From: a virus
Taxonomy: Duplodnaviria > Caudoviricetes
IMG/VR virus record: IMGVR_UViG_3300045283_000223
Location: 1-50,203 of that record
Direction: 5' to 3' (one strand)
Length of the DNA: 50,203 nt
Below, piece by piece: positions 35,613-44,582 of the stretch. The position numbers and the translations under genes are program-made. Positions within the stretch are counted from its first letter, which is position 1, and every line of letters starts with the position of its first letter. Under the pieces are notes generated by a model. That model was not told the origin of the DNA, searched no databases, and saw only the letters and a list, made by a program, of their open reading frames with translations.

Positions 35613-36656
35613 TTACGAAACGGTTGCTTCGTTGGACAGGATGGCGTCACAGGTGCGAACCGGGATGCCGCGGAAGGTAGTGATGACTTTGCCGTCGAAT
35701 TCTTCCAGACGAAGAAGAACGTTCGTTTTGTTCATAGCTTGGAGATCCAGATACGTCCGAACGATGCGGTTGCAGTAGATCATCACCCGACCCATATTGG
35801 CGCGGATGTTCGGGGTGTCTGAGGTCTGGATCGCGGTGGCCATCGACGGGGCAGTGGGCATGCGGTAGAGGCCGCGGACGATCAGGTTGATCAGGTTGGC
35901 GGCGGAGACACCGGTGAGCTGGCTGACGTCGATGTTCGCGAGGCGGACGACGTAGCGCCAGTCGCGAAGGCAGAGCCCCACTTCCCATTTGAAGTGGTCC
36001 CGGTAGGCTTGGTAGGTGTTGCCCGAGGCGTCTTGGACCGGCCACTCGCCCATGTCGCGGTGCTGGAGGCCGGTGATTTTGCCCTTGGGGAAGATGCCGT
36101 GGAGGGTGTCTGAGCCCCAGGTGGTGATCCAGATGGAGGTGTTGGTGGAGGCCGCACCGCCGCCGGAGAGGATGTTGTTGGCGGTCTGGGAGTTGGCGGT
36201 GGTGAGGGTGGAGTAGCGTGGGGCAAGGCCGGTGAAGCGATCGGGGTTGACGAACTGATTGCCATAGATGAAGGTGGCGGCGACCTGTTGGGACATGCCC
36301 TCCAAGAATGCTCTGACCTCACTAAGGCGGAACTCCGCGGTGTTGCCGTTGAGATCGGCGATGTCCTTGTCGATGACGGCGTAGGACTCGAGGTTGCCGC
36401 AGGTATCGACGATCTGCGCGGTGGTGGACTTGGCGTTGGGGACACCGGCGTTGAGTAAGCGCCAGGTTGCCTGGGGGAGACCAGTGCGCACGGTGGTCTT
36501 GTGCCCGGTGGGGAGGTTGCCTTCCATGACGAGGATGTCGTCGAGGATTTCATTGGTTTGGGACAGGAGCTCGACGATAGAGGCGATGCGATAGCCGTCT
36601 TCCATTCGCTTTGCCCAGTCGAGATAGGTTAGGGCTACGGAGCCGATAGCGGCCAT
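35613..36656 (-). CDS. Major capsid protein (BPP-1 Bbp17-like)
   Basis: IVELLSQTNEILDD...EGNLPTGHKTTVRTGLP, GLCLRDWRYVVRLANID, FRGIPVRTCDAILSNEA. Confidence 0.93.
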   Translation of the reverse strand: MAAIGSVALTYLDWAKRMEDGYRIASIVELLSQTNEILDDILVMEGNLPTGHKTTVRTGLPQATWRLLNAGVPNAKSTTAQIVDTCGNLESYAVIDKDIADLNGNTAEFRLSEVRAFLEGMSQQVAATFIYGNQFVNPDRFTGLAPRYSTLTTANSQTANNILSGGGAASTNTSIWITTWGSDTLHGIFPKGKITGLQHRDMGEWPVQDASGNTYQAYRDHFKWEVGLCLRDWRYVVRLANIDVSQLTGVSAANLINLIVRGLYRMPTAPSMATAIQTSDTPNIRANMGRVMIYCNRIVRTYLDLQAMNKTNVLLRLEEFDGKVITTFRGIPVRTCDAILSNEATVS

Positions 36657-36758
36657 AGGGGTGGTCCTTCAGTGAGGGGGAAAAGATGGGTGAGGTAGTG
36701 CATCCACATTCCAATCTGAGCTTTGCTGTTCAACCCTCACTGGGGCTTGGACGGGGGA

Positions 36759-37457
36759 TTACGGATTGTTCGGGTACAGAGCCTTTGCGTGTGTCGGGCG
36801 CGCGGTGGTGCCAGGGGCCTGTTGGCCAAGGGTGGAGGGGCCACGGCCGGAGACGTGGGTGCCCTCGGTGATGAAGGCGGAAAGCTTAAGCAGGGTCTTG
36901 ACCACAGCGGGGTGATCGCCAGCGCCGGTGAGGTCCATGGCCGCACGGAAGTCGGCCGCGAGCTTGGGGTTGCCAAGGGCGTTGAGGGCCTTGCCGATGT
37001 CGAGCTTGACGGCGTCGAGGCCGGTCTTGTCGCCGGAGACGTGGGAGGTGAAGTCGGGGTCGGCTTTGGTCTTGCCCTGCCAGTCGGAGCGGAGGGCGGC
37101 GTAGTCGTCTTGGGGACCGGTAGCGGCCTTGAGCATCTGGGCGGTGTGGAAGTCGACGAGCTTCTGGGCAGCGGCTTGGTCGAGACCTAGCTCGCGGAAG
37201 ATGGGCGTCGCGGCTTCAATGGTGGCGGGATCGAGAGTGTAACCGGTGGGTGCGGTGAAGGCGGTGTATGCGTCAGGTGCGGGCGACGGCTGGGTTTTAT
37301 CAGCGGAGGTGGTTTGGTCGGCGGGAGGCGTCGCATCAGCGGTAGTCGTCGTCGGTGGTGTAGGGGTCGTAGTCGGGGTCGTTGGGGTCGACTGATCCAG
37401 GATCTCCCCCGTCGGGCTCCGGGCTGCTTCGTCGTTCATCAGTGTGGGCTCGGTCAT
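36759..37457 (-). CDS. Capsid scaffolding protein
   Basis: Thr/Pro-rich N-terminus, ELGLDQAAAQKLVD, GAGDHPAVVK, ALYP C-terminus; upstream of the major capsid gene. Confidence 0.8.
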   Translation of the reverse strand: MTEPTLMNDEAARSPTGEILDQSTPTTPTTTPTPPTTTTADATPPADQTTSADKTQPSPAPDAYTAFTAPTGYTLDPATIEAATPIFRELGLDQAAAQKLVDFHTAQMLKAATGPQDDYAALRSDWQGKTKADPDFTSHVSGDKTGLDAVKLDIGKALNALGNPKLAADFRAAMDLTGAGDHPAVVKTLLKLSAFITEGTHVSGRGPSTLGQQAPGTTARPTHAKALYPNNP

Positions 37458-37743
37458 TGGCTTCTCGCATTGCTTGTATGAATTGATCGGGGCAGGCCAC
37501 CATTATGTCGGAGAGTAAACGCAGGCCTAGGTTACGTTCACCGTCGAAGATACCGGATAGGCGTGGATCGGAGATGGTGTTGGCGTCGAACATGTGGGCG
37601 GAGGTGAGGAGATCCCAGATCCACTGTCGGCCGGCCATGGTTGTCATCATGCCGGTGATGACTTCCTGGCGTTGGCGATTGGCGATTGCGGCCGCCTTCT
37701 CGCGGCGGCGGATGGATTTGCGATCGATGGCGGAGTCGGTCAT
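37336..37743 (-). CDS. Bbp19-like protein
   Basis: M.T.AGRQWIWDLL...FDGERNLGLRLL; between portal and scaffold. Confidence 0.75.
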   Translation of the reverse strand: MTDSAIDRKSIRRREKAAAIANRQRQEVITGMMTTMAGRQWIWDLLTSAHMFDANTISDPRLSGIFDGERNLGLRLLSDIMVACPDQFIQAMREANDRAHTDERRSSPEPDGGDPGSVDPNDPDYDPYTTDDDYR

Positions 37744-39482
37744 GATGGGATCGGCTGTTGCCCGCGAGGCATAAGCCCGGCGGAGGAGAGGTTAGCGGCG
37801 CCCTTCGATAGCTGTTCGGCAATCTGCGCCTGTTGGGCAGCTTGCTCCTGCTTCTGGCGATCGGCACGGATAGCGGCGGTTGCATTGGGACTCCGAATCA
37901 ACTTGGGATCATTACCGCGTAACGCGGAGAATTTGTCAAGTGCATAATCGGTATCGATGTTGTCCATGACGTCTGGCTTGACCGCGACGAGTTCGCCGGC
38001 CATTTTGAGGACGTCTTCGATCCCGGAGGAGGCGGAAGCGTCCTGGGCCTGTTTGAGCATGGAGACGTATTCGATGTTGATCATCTGGCCGGAGATCTCG
38101 GGCGGGGGTTGTGGGAGGATGCCGGCGCGAGAGGCGATGTCGAATATGCGTTCGATGGAAGGGTCAAGGCCCTCATAATCGATTCGGTCAAGGGCTGGAC
38201 CAAGGGCGACCATGGATTCGGACTTGCGCATATTCCATTCGACCGCGGTCACGTTGGAGCGGGTTTCGAATTGCGAGGCGGTCATGAGGACATCGTTGAA
38301 GAATGTCTTGCCGAGTCGGGCTTGGACTTCCTTGATGTCCTCGACGATTTCCTGCACCGGGAACTTGGTGTCGTAGATCGAGGCGATGCCGGGCTTGCCG
38401 GATGTGGTGAAACCTTGAACGAAGGTCATGCCACCGGGGAGGAGTGAGGCGGGCTGGTTCTTGAGTTGGACATCGGCAACGAGGGGCGGGTTGACCATCT
38501 TGTCGATGGCTTGGGCCTTGCGGCGGGATTCAAGCTGAAGTTGCTTCTGGTCGGGGAGCGCGTCCATGCCGGGGGATCGGCCGTAGGCGTCGTTGGAGAC
38601 GATATCCCAACGGGTGCAGATATTGGGCATAGAGTAGTAGCCCTTCTTACGAAGGAAGCCCTGGGGTTGGTAGTTGGAGCCTTGAGGAGAGGCGGAACCG
38701 CCCCATTCCCAGTAGAGTTCGCGGAAGGCGAATTGTTTGGGGAAGCCGAACTTGGCGGCGTTGCCGTCATTGTTGGGCTCGATGGAATGGGCGACGATTA
38801 GCTCGCGGGTTCGATTGGCGCCACCGGCGTCGTCGTAGAGTTGGCGGACGCTGTTACTGCAGTTGTCGTAGCCGAATTCGTCGACGACTGCCGAGACGGT
38901 GAGGGTGAACTCGCGGTAGAAGATGGTGGGGCGGTACTTGCCATCGATGTCGATGTAGTATTCGCCGGCGCAAGGGTTGATGCAGTTGATGACGTTTTCG
39001 TAGTCCTCATAAATCAACAACACCGCGGTGCCGAAGATGACGAGGTCGAAGTAGAACTGCGCGATGGAATTGTAGAAGTTGGACTCGGAAAGGATTAGGT
39101 AAAGCAGTCGCTCACACTCGGCGAGCCATAGCGAAACGGGAGACGTGGTGGTTGAATCGATCTTGCCAATCCGCAGCTTGAACCACGGTCGAGTAGGGGA
39201 ACTCTTTCCACTCACGAGCCCAGAAGCCAGGTTCCGCGCACAGATTACACCAGTGGAGTCGAGGATATGGGTGTTGATCGGTGACCCGCGGGCCATCTGG
39301 TTCGGGGTGACTATCCATTTGTATCGCCTCGGGAGGAAGTAGTCAGCGAGCTCTCGCCAGTGGGTCCACCATGAGTAGCGGTTGACGCGGAGGCCGATCA
39401 GGCGGCCCTCGGAATAGCGGAGCGCGGCTTGATCGGCCGGGGTGCCGTCGGAGAAATTGGCTTGGGGTGGCCGGGCGTTCAT
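37740..39482 (-). CDS. Portal (head-tail connector) protein
   Basis: WRELADYFLPRR, LASGL.SG..SP.RPWF, DLVIFGTA, YGRSPGMDALPD, TAVEW..R..E....LGP. Confidence 0.93.
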   Translation of the reverse strand: MNARPPQANFSDGTPADQAALRYSEGRLIGLRVNRYSWWTHWRELADYFLPRRYKWIVTPNQMARGSPINTHILDSTGVICARNLASGLVSGKSSPTRPWFKLRIGKIDSTTTSPVSLWLAECERLLYLILSESNFYNSIAQFYFDLVIFGTAVLLIYEDYENVINCINPCAGEYYIDIDGKYRPTIFYREFTLTVSAVVDEFGYDNCSNSVRQLYDDAGGANRTRELIVAHSIEPNNDGNAAKFGFPKQFAFRELYWEWGGSASPQGSNYQPQGFLRKKGYYSMPNICTRWDIVSNDAYGRSPGMDALPDQKQLQLESRRKAQAIDKMVNPPLVADVQLKNQPASLLPGGMTFVQGFTTSGKPGIASIYDTKFPVQEIVEDIKEVQARLGKTFFNDVLMTASQFETRSNVTAVEWNMRKSESMVALGPALDRIDYEGLDPSIERIFDIASRAGILPQPPPEISGQMINIEYVSMLKQAQDASASSGIEDVLKMAGELVAVKPDVMDNIDTDYALDKFSALRGNDPKLIRSPNATAAIRADRQKQEQAAQQAQIAEQLSKGAANLSSAGLMPRGQQPIPS

Positions 39483-39742
39483 GTGGGTTCCTGCCCGAGT
39501 GCGCGGTTGCCCGGTTCGGCGATCTCGTTGCGGTCACGGGTGAGACGGTCGATGCCGCGGGATTCAGGGTCGATGATGTTGCGATCGCCAGTGGCGAACT
39601 CGCGCGGTGGGAGGAGTCGGCCCTCGTCGTGCATCTGCGCGGCCGCCATCAGGGCGAACGGGGTGGCGGGCGGCGGGCGGAGATCGGCGACCGACCTCGA
39701 TCCGCTTTTCGGTTTCGTGCTGGAGATAGGGACGACTGGCAT
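39479..39742 (-). CDS. Hypothetical protein
   Basis: AAGGT SD; ATGA overlap with the portal start. Confidence 0.55.
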   Translation of the reverse strand: MPVVPISSTKPKSGSRSVADLRPPPATPFALMAAAQMHDEGRLLPPREFATGDRNIIDPESRGIDRLTRDRNEIAEPGNRALGQEPT

Positions 39743-39785
39743 AAGGGGGAACCTTCAGCTTGCACGGACCCGCCTGCGGCGGCAA

Positions 39786-40070
39786 CTATTGCCCCAAGAG
39801 GGTCTTCTGGCCGGATTGGGTTGGTGGGGTGGCCGCAGCCCCGATGAAGGATTGGGTAGCGGCTTTGGGCTTGGCAGCGGTGCCCATGGGGGAAGAAGCG
39901 GGTGGGGCTGCGGCTGGCGGCGGCGCGGCAGGGGCAGCGGGGGCAGCGGGGGCAGCGGAGGATCCACCACCGGCGATGGCAGCGGTGGCGCCGCCAGCGA
40001 GCCCGGCAAGGGCGAGGCCGGTAAGGGTGATGGGGTCGATGGCGAGAACCAAAGGCAAATGCTCAATCAT
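39786..40070 (-). CDS. Small Ala/Pro-rich virion-associated protein
   Basis: Ends KTLLGQ, the usual ending of the small gene preceding podovirus portals. Confidence 0.7.
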   Translation of the reverse strand: MIEHLPLVLAIDPITLTGLALAGLAGGATAAIAGGGSSAAPAAPAAPAAPPPAAAPPASSPMGTAAKPKAATQSFIGAAATPPTQSGQKTLLGQ

Positions 40071-41572
40071 GCGGACATCCTTTCGGGGGAGTAGGGGTCG
40101 TACTCGAACTCAACGGGCGGTCGATGGGGGTGGTCGCCACCCGCGTCGGGATTGCGGGCGAGGGGTCCACCGAAGGTCAGGACAAACGCGTCGAGGGTGT
40201 CGAGGTCGAGATCGGGGTTATCGTCAAGCAAGTCCTCTTTCGAAATGAGCTGGATCTCATCTCGATTGTTGAAGGTGTACTTGATCGCGAGCATTGCCGT
40301 ACGGAGGTCTGGGTCGGCGGGGAGCATACCAGACTTGCACCAAGCCCGAGCAGCACCATACATGGCAGCGCGCATGTTAGCATAGCGTTCGCCAGCGTTG
40401 TCATTGGCTACACCGGTGATGGAGTCTTTGGCGCCGAATTGGATCTCCCAGACGTAGAGGCGTTGGTTGCGGCATTGGTCGACGACGCCGCCGCCGACTC
40501 CGCCACCGTCGATGAAGATGCCGTCTGGGCGGAGTCGGTCGTAGGTGGAGTGGATTCGGACGGCGAGTTCGGTGGTGGAGATGCCGTTGAAGACTTCTTT
40601 GGGGAGGGTGCGCGCATCACGACCCTTACGCGGAAAGAGCACTGAGTTATTCCGGCCAAACCTTGCGACGTCCACGCCAAGCGCAAGTGGTGTGAAAGCA
40701 TCGATAAAGACCTCGCGATCAAGCGACATAGCCGCGTCGATATCAAAGGCGCTGAAGAACTCCATCTCGCCGACTCGAGGGAACTGACCCAAGACACGGA
40801 TACGCACAAAGTCGCTGTCGATGCCATAGACCTTAATCCACTTCTCAAAGCGTTCTTTGTTGGTGATGGTGACAGTGCGCGAGTCGATCTGTTTGGTCAG
40901 CCAGAACTCAGCGTGTTTGCCACCGGCGAAGCATTCGCGGAATCGGCCGGAGGATCGGGTTGGGTTGCCGAAGGCCAGCCACATGATTTGGGTATTGTCG
41001 TCGGTAAGGGCGCCCTCAGTGGTTTCCCAGATGAGGTCGTGGATAGCAGAGGCCTCGTCGAAGATCATCAGGATCCGTTTGCCCTCGTTGTGCATCCCGG
41101 CGAATGCCTCGGGGTTCTTCTCGGACCACGGGATCATGTCGATGCGCCAAGTACGCTCGCGGGAGGGGTCCTTGCTGACCAGGGAGGTCGCGTTCAGGGT
41201 GAAGTGCTTCGGTGCGAACCAGCAGAGGTTGAACCATTTGCCGAGTGCGGCCCAGGTCTTGGTCTTGAGCTGGGTCTCGGTGTTGGCGGTGACCACGCCA
41301 AGGGTGTCGGGGAAGGTGGTGAAGGCCCAGAGGATGATGATGGCGACTAGGGCGGATTTGCCGATTCCGTGGCCAGAGGCGACTGCGATTTGGATGGCGG
41401 TGTGGATGTCGATTAGCTTGTCGCGGATCGCGCAGAGAACCCAGATCTGCCAGGGGTCGAGAACGTGGTGCTCGAGGACGGTGTCGGGTTCGCCCCAGGG
41501 GAATGCGCCTAGGGCAAAGGCGTAGGGATCGTCGGCGACAGAGGCGAGCCAGTCGATGAGTTCGGCGGACAT
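40067..41572 (-). CDS. terL: Terminase large subunit
   Basis: AVASGHGIGKSA, VTANTETQL, IFDEAS, FGNPTR, LGVDVARFG, DGGGVGGGVVD; start probably ATG 41572. Confidence 0.93.
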   Translation of the reverse strand: MSAELIDWLASVADDPYAFALGAFPWGEPDTVLEHHVLDPWQIWVLCAIRDKLIDIHTAIQIAVASGHGIGKSALVAIIILWAFTTFPDTLGVVTANTETQLKTKTWAALGKWFNLCWFAPKHFTLNATSLVSKDPSRERTWRIDMIPWSEKNPEAFAGMHNEGKRILMIFDEASAIHDLIWETTEGALTDDNTQIMWLAFGNPTRSSGRFRECFAGGKHAEFWLTKQIDSRTVTITNKERFEKWIKVYGIDSDFVRIRVLGQFPRVGEMEFFSAFDIDAAMSLDREVFIDAFTPLALGVDVARFGRNNSVLFPRKGRDARTLPKEVFNGISTTELAVRIHSTYDRLRPDGIFIDGGGVGGGVVDQCRNQRLYVWEIQFGAKDSITGVANDNAGERYANMRAAMYGAARAWCKSGMLPADPDLRTAMLAIKYTFNNRDEIQLISKEDLLDDNPDLDLDTLDAFVLTFGGPLARNPDAGGDHPHRPPVEFEYDPYSPERMSA

Positions 41573-41648
41573 CGCGTGGTCGGCGACGGGTGGTCGGGAA
41601 GCCCCGATGCGATCGGCACTGAACGATGTCCGACTACCATCTAGGCGA

Positions 41649-41849
41649 TCAAGCACCAGGGCTTCCCTTCTCGTCGGGCCAGAGGATGTGGCTGGGCTGA
41701 CCCGGGATGCAGCATATTGGGCAGAGGCGGCGTTCGACGAGGCGGAGGTGCTTGTCGAAGAACGGGGTCACGATCATCGCGTCGGTCTGGGCATAGGCCC
41801 AGGAGAAGAACTCTGGATCGTGGATGGATTGTGGGCGGTACCCGGCCAT
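41649..41849 (-). CDS. Small hypothetical protein
   Basis: TAATG coupling with the upstream gene; CPICC. Confidence 0.45.
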   Translation of the reverse strand: MAGYRPQSIHDPEFFSWAYAQTDAMIVTPFFDKHLRLVERRLCPICCIPGQPSHILWPDEKGSPGA

Positions 41850-42493
41850 TAGATCCGCCTGAAGTTGGGCGGGCCTGAAGGCGCCAAGGCCGGGGGGGAT
41901 CGGTTGTCCTTCAGGCCCGATTGAGGGAGTGGGGATCCCTCAATGACGCGGGGCAACCGGGCCCCGGAGGAGCGTTTGCGGGCGGCTTCGAGTTGCGCCG
42001 CGAAATCGACGTTGATGTTGACGTTGCGCTGGGTCTTGCCGTAGCCGAAGCGGTCCGCGCGGTCAGAGGTAATGGCGATCAGATCGCGCATAGGCAGAGG
42101 TTCATCCGCCTCGATCGCGGCGTCGATCTTGTCGGAGATCATCACCTCGGCCTTGAGCATGTTGGCGGTGGCGATCTCCATGAAGTTGTCGACCGAGCGA
42201 ACGTATTCGGCAGTGACGAGGCCACGGTAGTCGGCGATCAGTTGCTGAAAGGCCGGATCGGCCTTGAGCGTAGTGATGCGGCCAAGAGAGTAGCCGGTGG
42301 CTAGGGCCACCTCTGCATTGGTGAGTCCAGCGGCCACTGCACGGGCGACTCGGTGGTGGGTATCACGAATGGTGACAAGGGTCTTCACCGGGCGCCGCTC
42401 CAGCAGATGTGACAAATCCGCCCGCGCGATCGGCCGGATATCGGTGATCACAGGGGTAGCGGCCGGGTCGAGTTTGCCACGGTGGAGGGGCAC
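41849..42493 (-). CDS. Putative terminase small subunit (HTH)
   Basis: AAGLTNAEVALATGYSLGRITTLKADPAF HTH; NVNINVDFAAQLEAARKR; upstream of terL. Confidence 0.6.
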   Translation of the reverse strand: MPLHRGKLDPAATPVITDIRPIARADLSHLLERRPVKTLVTIRDTHHRVARAVAAGLTNAEVALATGYSLGRITTLKADPAFQQLIADYRGLVTAEYVRSVDNFMEIATANMLKAEVMISDKIDAAIEADEPLPMRDLIAITSDRADRFGYGKTQRNVNINVDFAAQLEAARKRSSGARLPRVIEGSPLPQSGLKDNRSPPALAPSGPPNFRRI

Positions 42494-42499
42494 GGTGGG

Positions 42500-42907
42500 T
42501 TAGATCCTTCTTTCGAATCGGGGTGGGGAACGCGGCTGATTGAACGGAATGGTGATCCCAGAGGGTATGGTGATCTCCAGGGCGGTCGTGGTTGGGGTCG
42601 GCGCCTTCAGGGCGATGTTGTACCGGGGCTTGTAGAGATCAATCATCGCCCGTTCGATTCGGTCAAGGTCCTCCACCCGGCAGGGCATCACAAACACCTG
42701 ATCGAACAACACCCCGCGCATCGACACTGGCATCCAGGCCGGCACCGACTTCCGGCCCCAGTTGCCCCGATGCGCTTCCACCCTCGGCAGCATCCGCTTC
42801 CCCTTCCCCACATACACCACCCGCCCATCGCGGACCAGGGCATACACCCCAGCGCGCAAGATCGGCGTGACCTCCACAAATCCTTCCAGCACCGCATAAT
42901 CCTCCAT
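42500..42907 (-). CDS. GIY-YIG nuclease family protein
   Basis: GVYAL...VVYVGKG..M..RV..H...ERAMIDLYKPRYN. Confidence 0.8.
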   Translation of the reverse strand: MEDYAVLEGFVEVTPILRAGVYALVRDGRVVYVGKGKRMLPRVEAHRGNWGRKSVPAWMPVSMRGVLFDQVFVMPCRVEDLDRIERAMIDLYKPRYNIALKAPTPTTTALEITIPSGITIPFNQPRSPPRFERRI

Positions 42908-42918
42908 CTTCACCACCC

Positions 42919-42947
42919 AGCCTCGCATAGAAGACAGGAGATGTCAA
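42919..42947 (-). promoter_or_regulatory. Possible sigma70-type late-operon promoter
   Basis: TTGACA-17-GAGGCT on the - strand, with TG upstream of a poor -10. Confidence 0.3.
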
Positions 42948-43081
42948 GAGGATACGTACATCTCAAATTTCACACGATTTGCGCTGGGCACGTCTGGGCC
43001 ACGCAGAAGGGCGAAATTTTGGCCCCACCCCCGACCGGGGGCAGAGCCGATGGGAGGGGTCGAGCGAGGTCGGAGCGGGGG

Positions 43082-43393
43082 TTAGACGCGACGACCGGAA
43101 GCAGCGGTGCTGGCCAGGAAGACAGACAGCGAGCCGGGAGCGGTGGCCTTGGGCTTGACCTCGGCCGCGGGGACGGCAGCGATGGAGAGCTTGCCGAAGT
43201 TGTAGCCGAAGACGAGGCGGAGGTGGGCAGGCAGTGCAGCTTCGGTGGCCATGGTGTCTTCGAAGTGTTGGCGCGCTTCTTTCATCAGGCGATATGCAGC
43301 CTTGTAGTTGTCATACGCTTCGCGGCATTCGCTGTTGAGTGTGTCCGGGTCGATCGTTTGCCAGTCGGCTTTCACGTCATGGGTCTTGGCCAT
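43082..43393 (-). CDS. Hypothetical protein (103 aa)
   Basis: GGAG SD before ATG 43393; WQTIDPDTL...FGYNFGKLSIA. Confidence 0.75.
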   Translation of the reverse strand: MAKTHDVKADWQTIDPDTLNSECREAYDNYKAAYRLMKEARQHFEDTMATEAALPAHLRLVFGYNFGKLSIAAVPAAEVKPKATAPGSLSVFLASTAASGRRV

Positions 43394-43486
43394 TGTGGTC
43401 GCTCCGTTGTGATCGGCTGGGCGGCGGAATGCCTTAGCCCGTTCGCCGATGCCCACACAATCGCACATCGCCGGTCGAATTGAAAA

Positions 43487-43520
43487 TCACAAAATCGTGA
43501 TCGCGATCACGAAATCGTGA
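43487..43520. promoter_or_regulatory. Operator-like array TCAC-N6-GTGA-N6-TCAC-N6-GTGA
   Basis: Perfect 18-bp palindrome TCGTGATCGCGATCACGA at 43495-43512, inside the divergent intergenic region. Confidence 0.6.
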
Positions 43521-43562
43521 CTTGTCGGCGGGCGGCGGTTGGCGCATGATGAGCGATCGCAA

Positions 43563-43760
43563 TCCATCCGTCTCATGTTCCCCTGGTGATCCCCTCCGCG
43601 TCTCATGGCCCATCCCTGACCGTCCGTCCAGGGCCGACCGGCTGTTGCTGATATGTCACACATCTCTCTCTAGTGACAGACGGACCTAAGGCCAGCCGGA
43701 CGGCCCAAGAGGCAACATGAGGCGGGCAGGGGATTACCAGAGGGAGAGCAGCCGGATGGA
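43563..43760 (+). ncRNA. Candidate structured RNA / cruciform element
   Basis: Five nested stems read directly from the sequence, with G-U pairs favouring the + strand. Confidence 0.5.
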
Positions 43761-43797
43761 CAGATGTGCGAGGGAAGAAATGCCGATGAAATCGTTG

Positions 43798-43826
43798 TTG
43801 ACATGCCGATTGCCGTGTGGTAGATT
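43798..43826 (+). promoter_or_regulatory. Sigma70 early promoter
   Basis: TTGACA-17 bp-TAGATT with extended -10 TG. Confidence 0.75.
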
Positions 43827-43860
43827 GGGTGATCCTGCCGATTAGCGAATGGAGCGACCG

Positions 43861-44076
43861 ATGCCGACCGTAGGCAAGCAGATTGCCGATGAGATCAAGG
43901 ACGGGGACGGGTATTATGCCGATGATCCCCGCGTGGTGAGGATTGTGGAATACACAGATATGGGCGGCAAGCTGGCGTATGGATTGGAGTATGGGCATGA
44001 GCTGGGGAAGTATGAAGCGAGCCCATATGTGCGATATCCGCGTGTGTACTGGGAGGCGGATACAGATGCCCCGTAA
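43861..44076 (+). CDS. Early hypothetical protein
   Basis: GGAG SD; first gene after the promoter. Confidence 0.7.
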   Translation: MPTVGKQIADEIKDGDGYYADDPRVVRIVEYTDMGGKLAYGLEYGHELGKYEASPYVRYPRVYWEADTDAP

Positions 44077-44311
44077 GCCTAAGCTAGGTCCTGCAATCCT
44101 CAAGATCGAGCGAATGTCGGATGGTGGAGAGATACGCCCGGTGATTGTAGATGACTTCACCGGGGAAGTGATTGAGCCCAAGCTGGCACCAATGCCAACG
44201 GTAGCGCCCACACCGCCACAGGATGTGCGGGACGCAGAGAACCGACAGCGGGCGGATATGCACCGTGCGATTGTGGCGGTGTTGGACAGAGTGAGGAGGA
44301 ACAGAACATGA
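44066..44311 (+). CDS. Early hypothetical protein
   Basis: GGAGG SD before ATG 44066. Confidence 0.6.
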   Translation: MPRKPKLGPAILKIERMSDGGEIRPVIVDDFTGEVIEPKLAPMPTVAPTPPQDVRDAENRQRADMHRAIVAVLDRVRRNRT

Positions 44312-44363
44312 CCGGAGGAAAGCAGATGAGTGTCCACACTGATGAGGCCAAACGGAGAAAACC

Positions 44364-44576
44364 ATGACAATCACCGCAAAGCCTGTGGAAGTGTTAGGTT
44401 GCGCAGTTGGCAACCTGTGGGATATCTTCGTTGATTGCGTATTCTATGTGAGGGTGACCTATCATGGGAACAGCTTGGTTCGAGTGAAGACCAAGACTCG
44501 CGGTGTGGTAACAGTAGTGCCAACCACTAAGGAGATTGAGCAGGCGATAGATGCGGTTTACCGCAGCGTCGCGTAA
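44364..44576 (+). CDS. Early hypothetical protein
   Basis: GGAG SD. Confidence 0.6.
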   Translation: MTITAKPVEVLGCAVGNLWDIFVDCVFYVRVTYHGNSLVRVKTKTRGVVTVVPTTKEIEQAIDAVYRSVA

Positions 44577-44582
44577 ACCGTA

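Noticed and set aside
27361-36656. Diversity-generating retroelement, as in BPP-1
   Set aside because: Head genes are BPP-1-like, but no reverse transcriptase motif or TR/VR repeat pair was seen
39928-39958. GGGGCAGCG x3 tandem repeat (also GAGGCAGTGGCG x2 near 46348)
   Set aside because: Simply encodes low-complexity Ala/Pro or Glu/Ala/Val linkers
43648-43690. Hammerhead ribozyme (CTGATA...stem...GAC)
   Set aside because: Lacks the CUGANGA and GAAA core in the required arrangement
42482-44370. Long ORFs 42482-43483 (+) and 43603-44370 (-)
   Set aside because: Antisense to better-supported genes, cross regulatory DNA, and have no recognisable motifs
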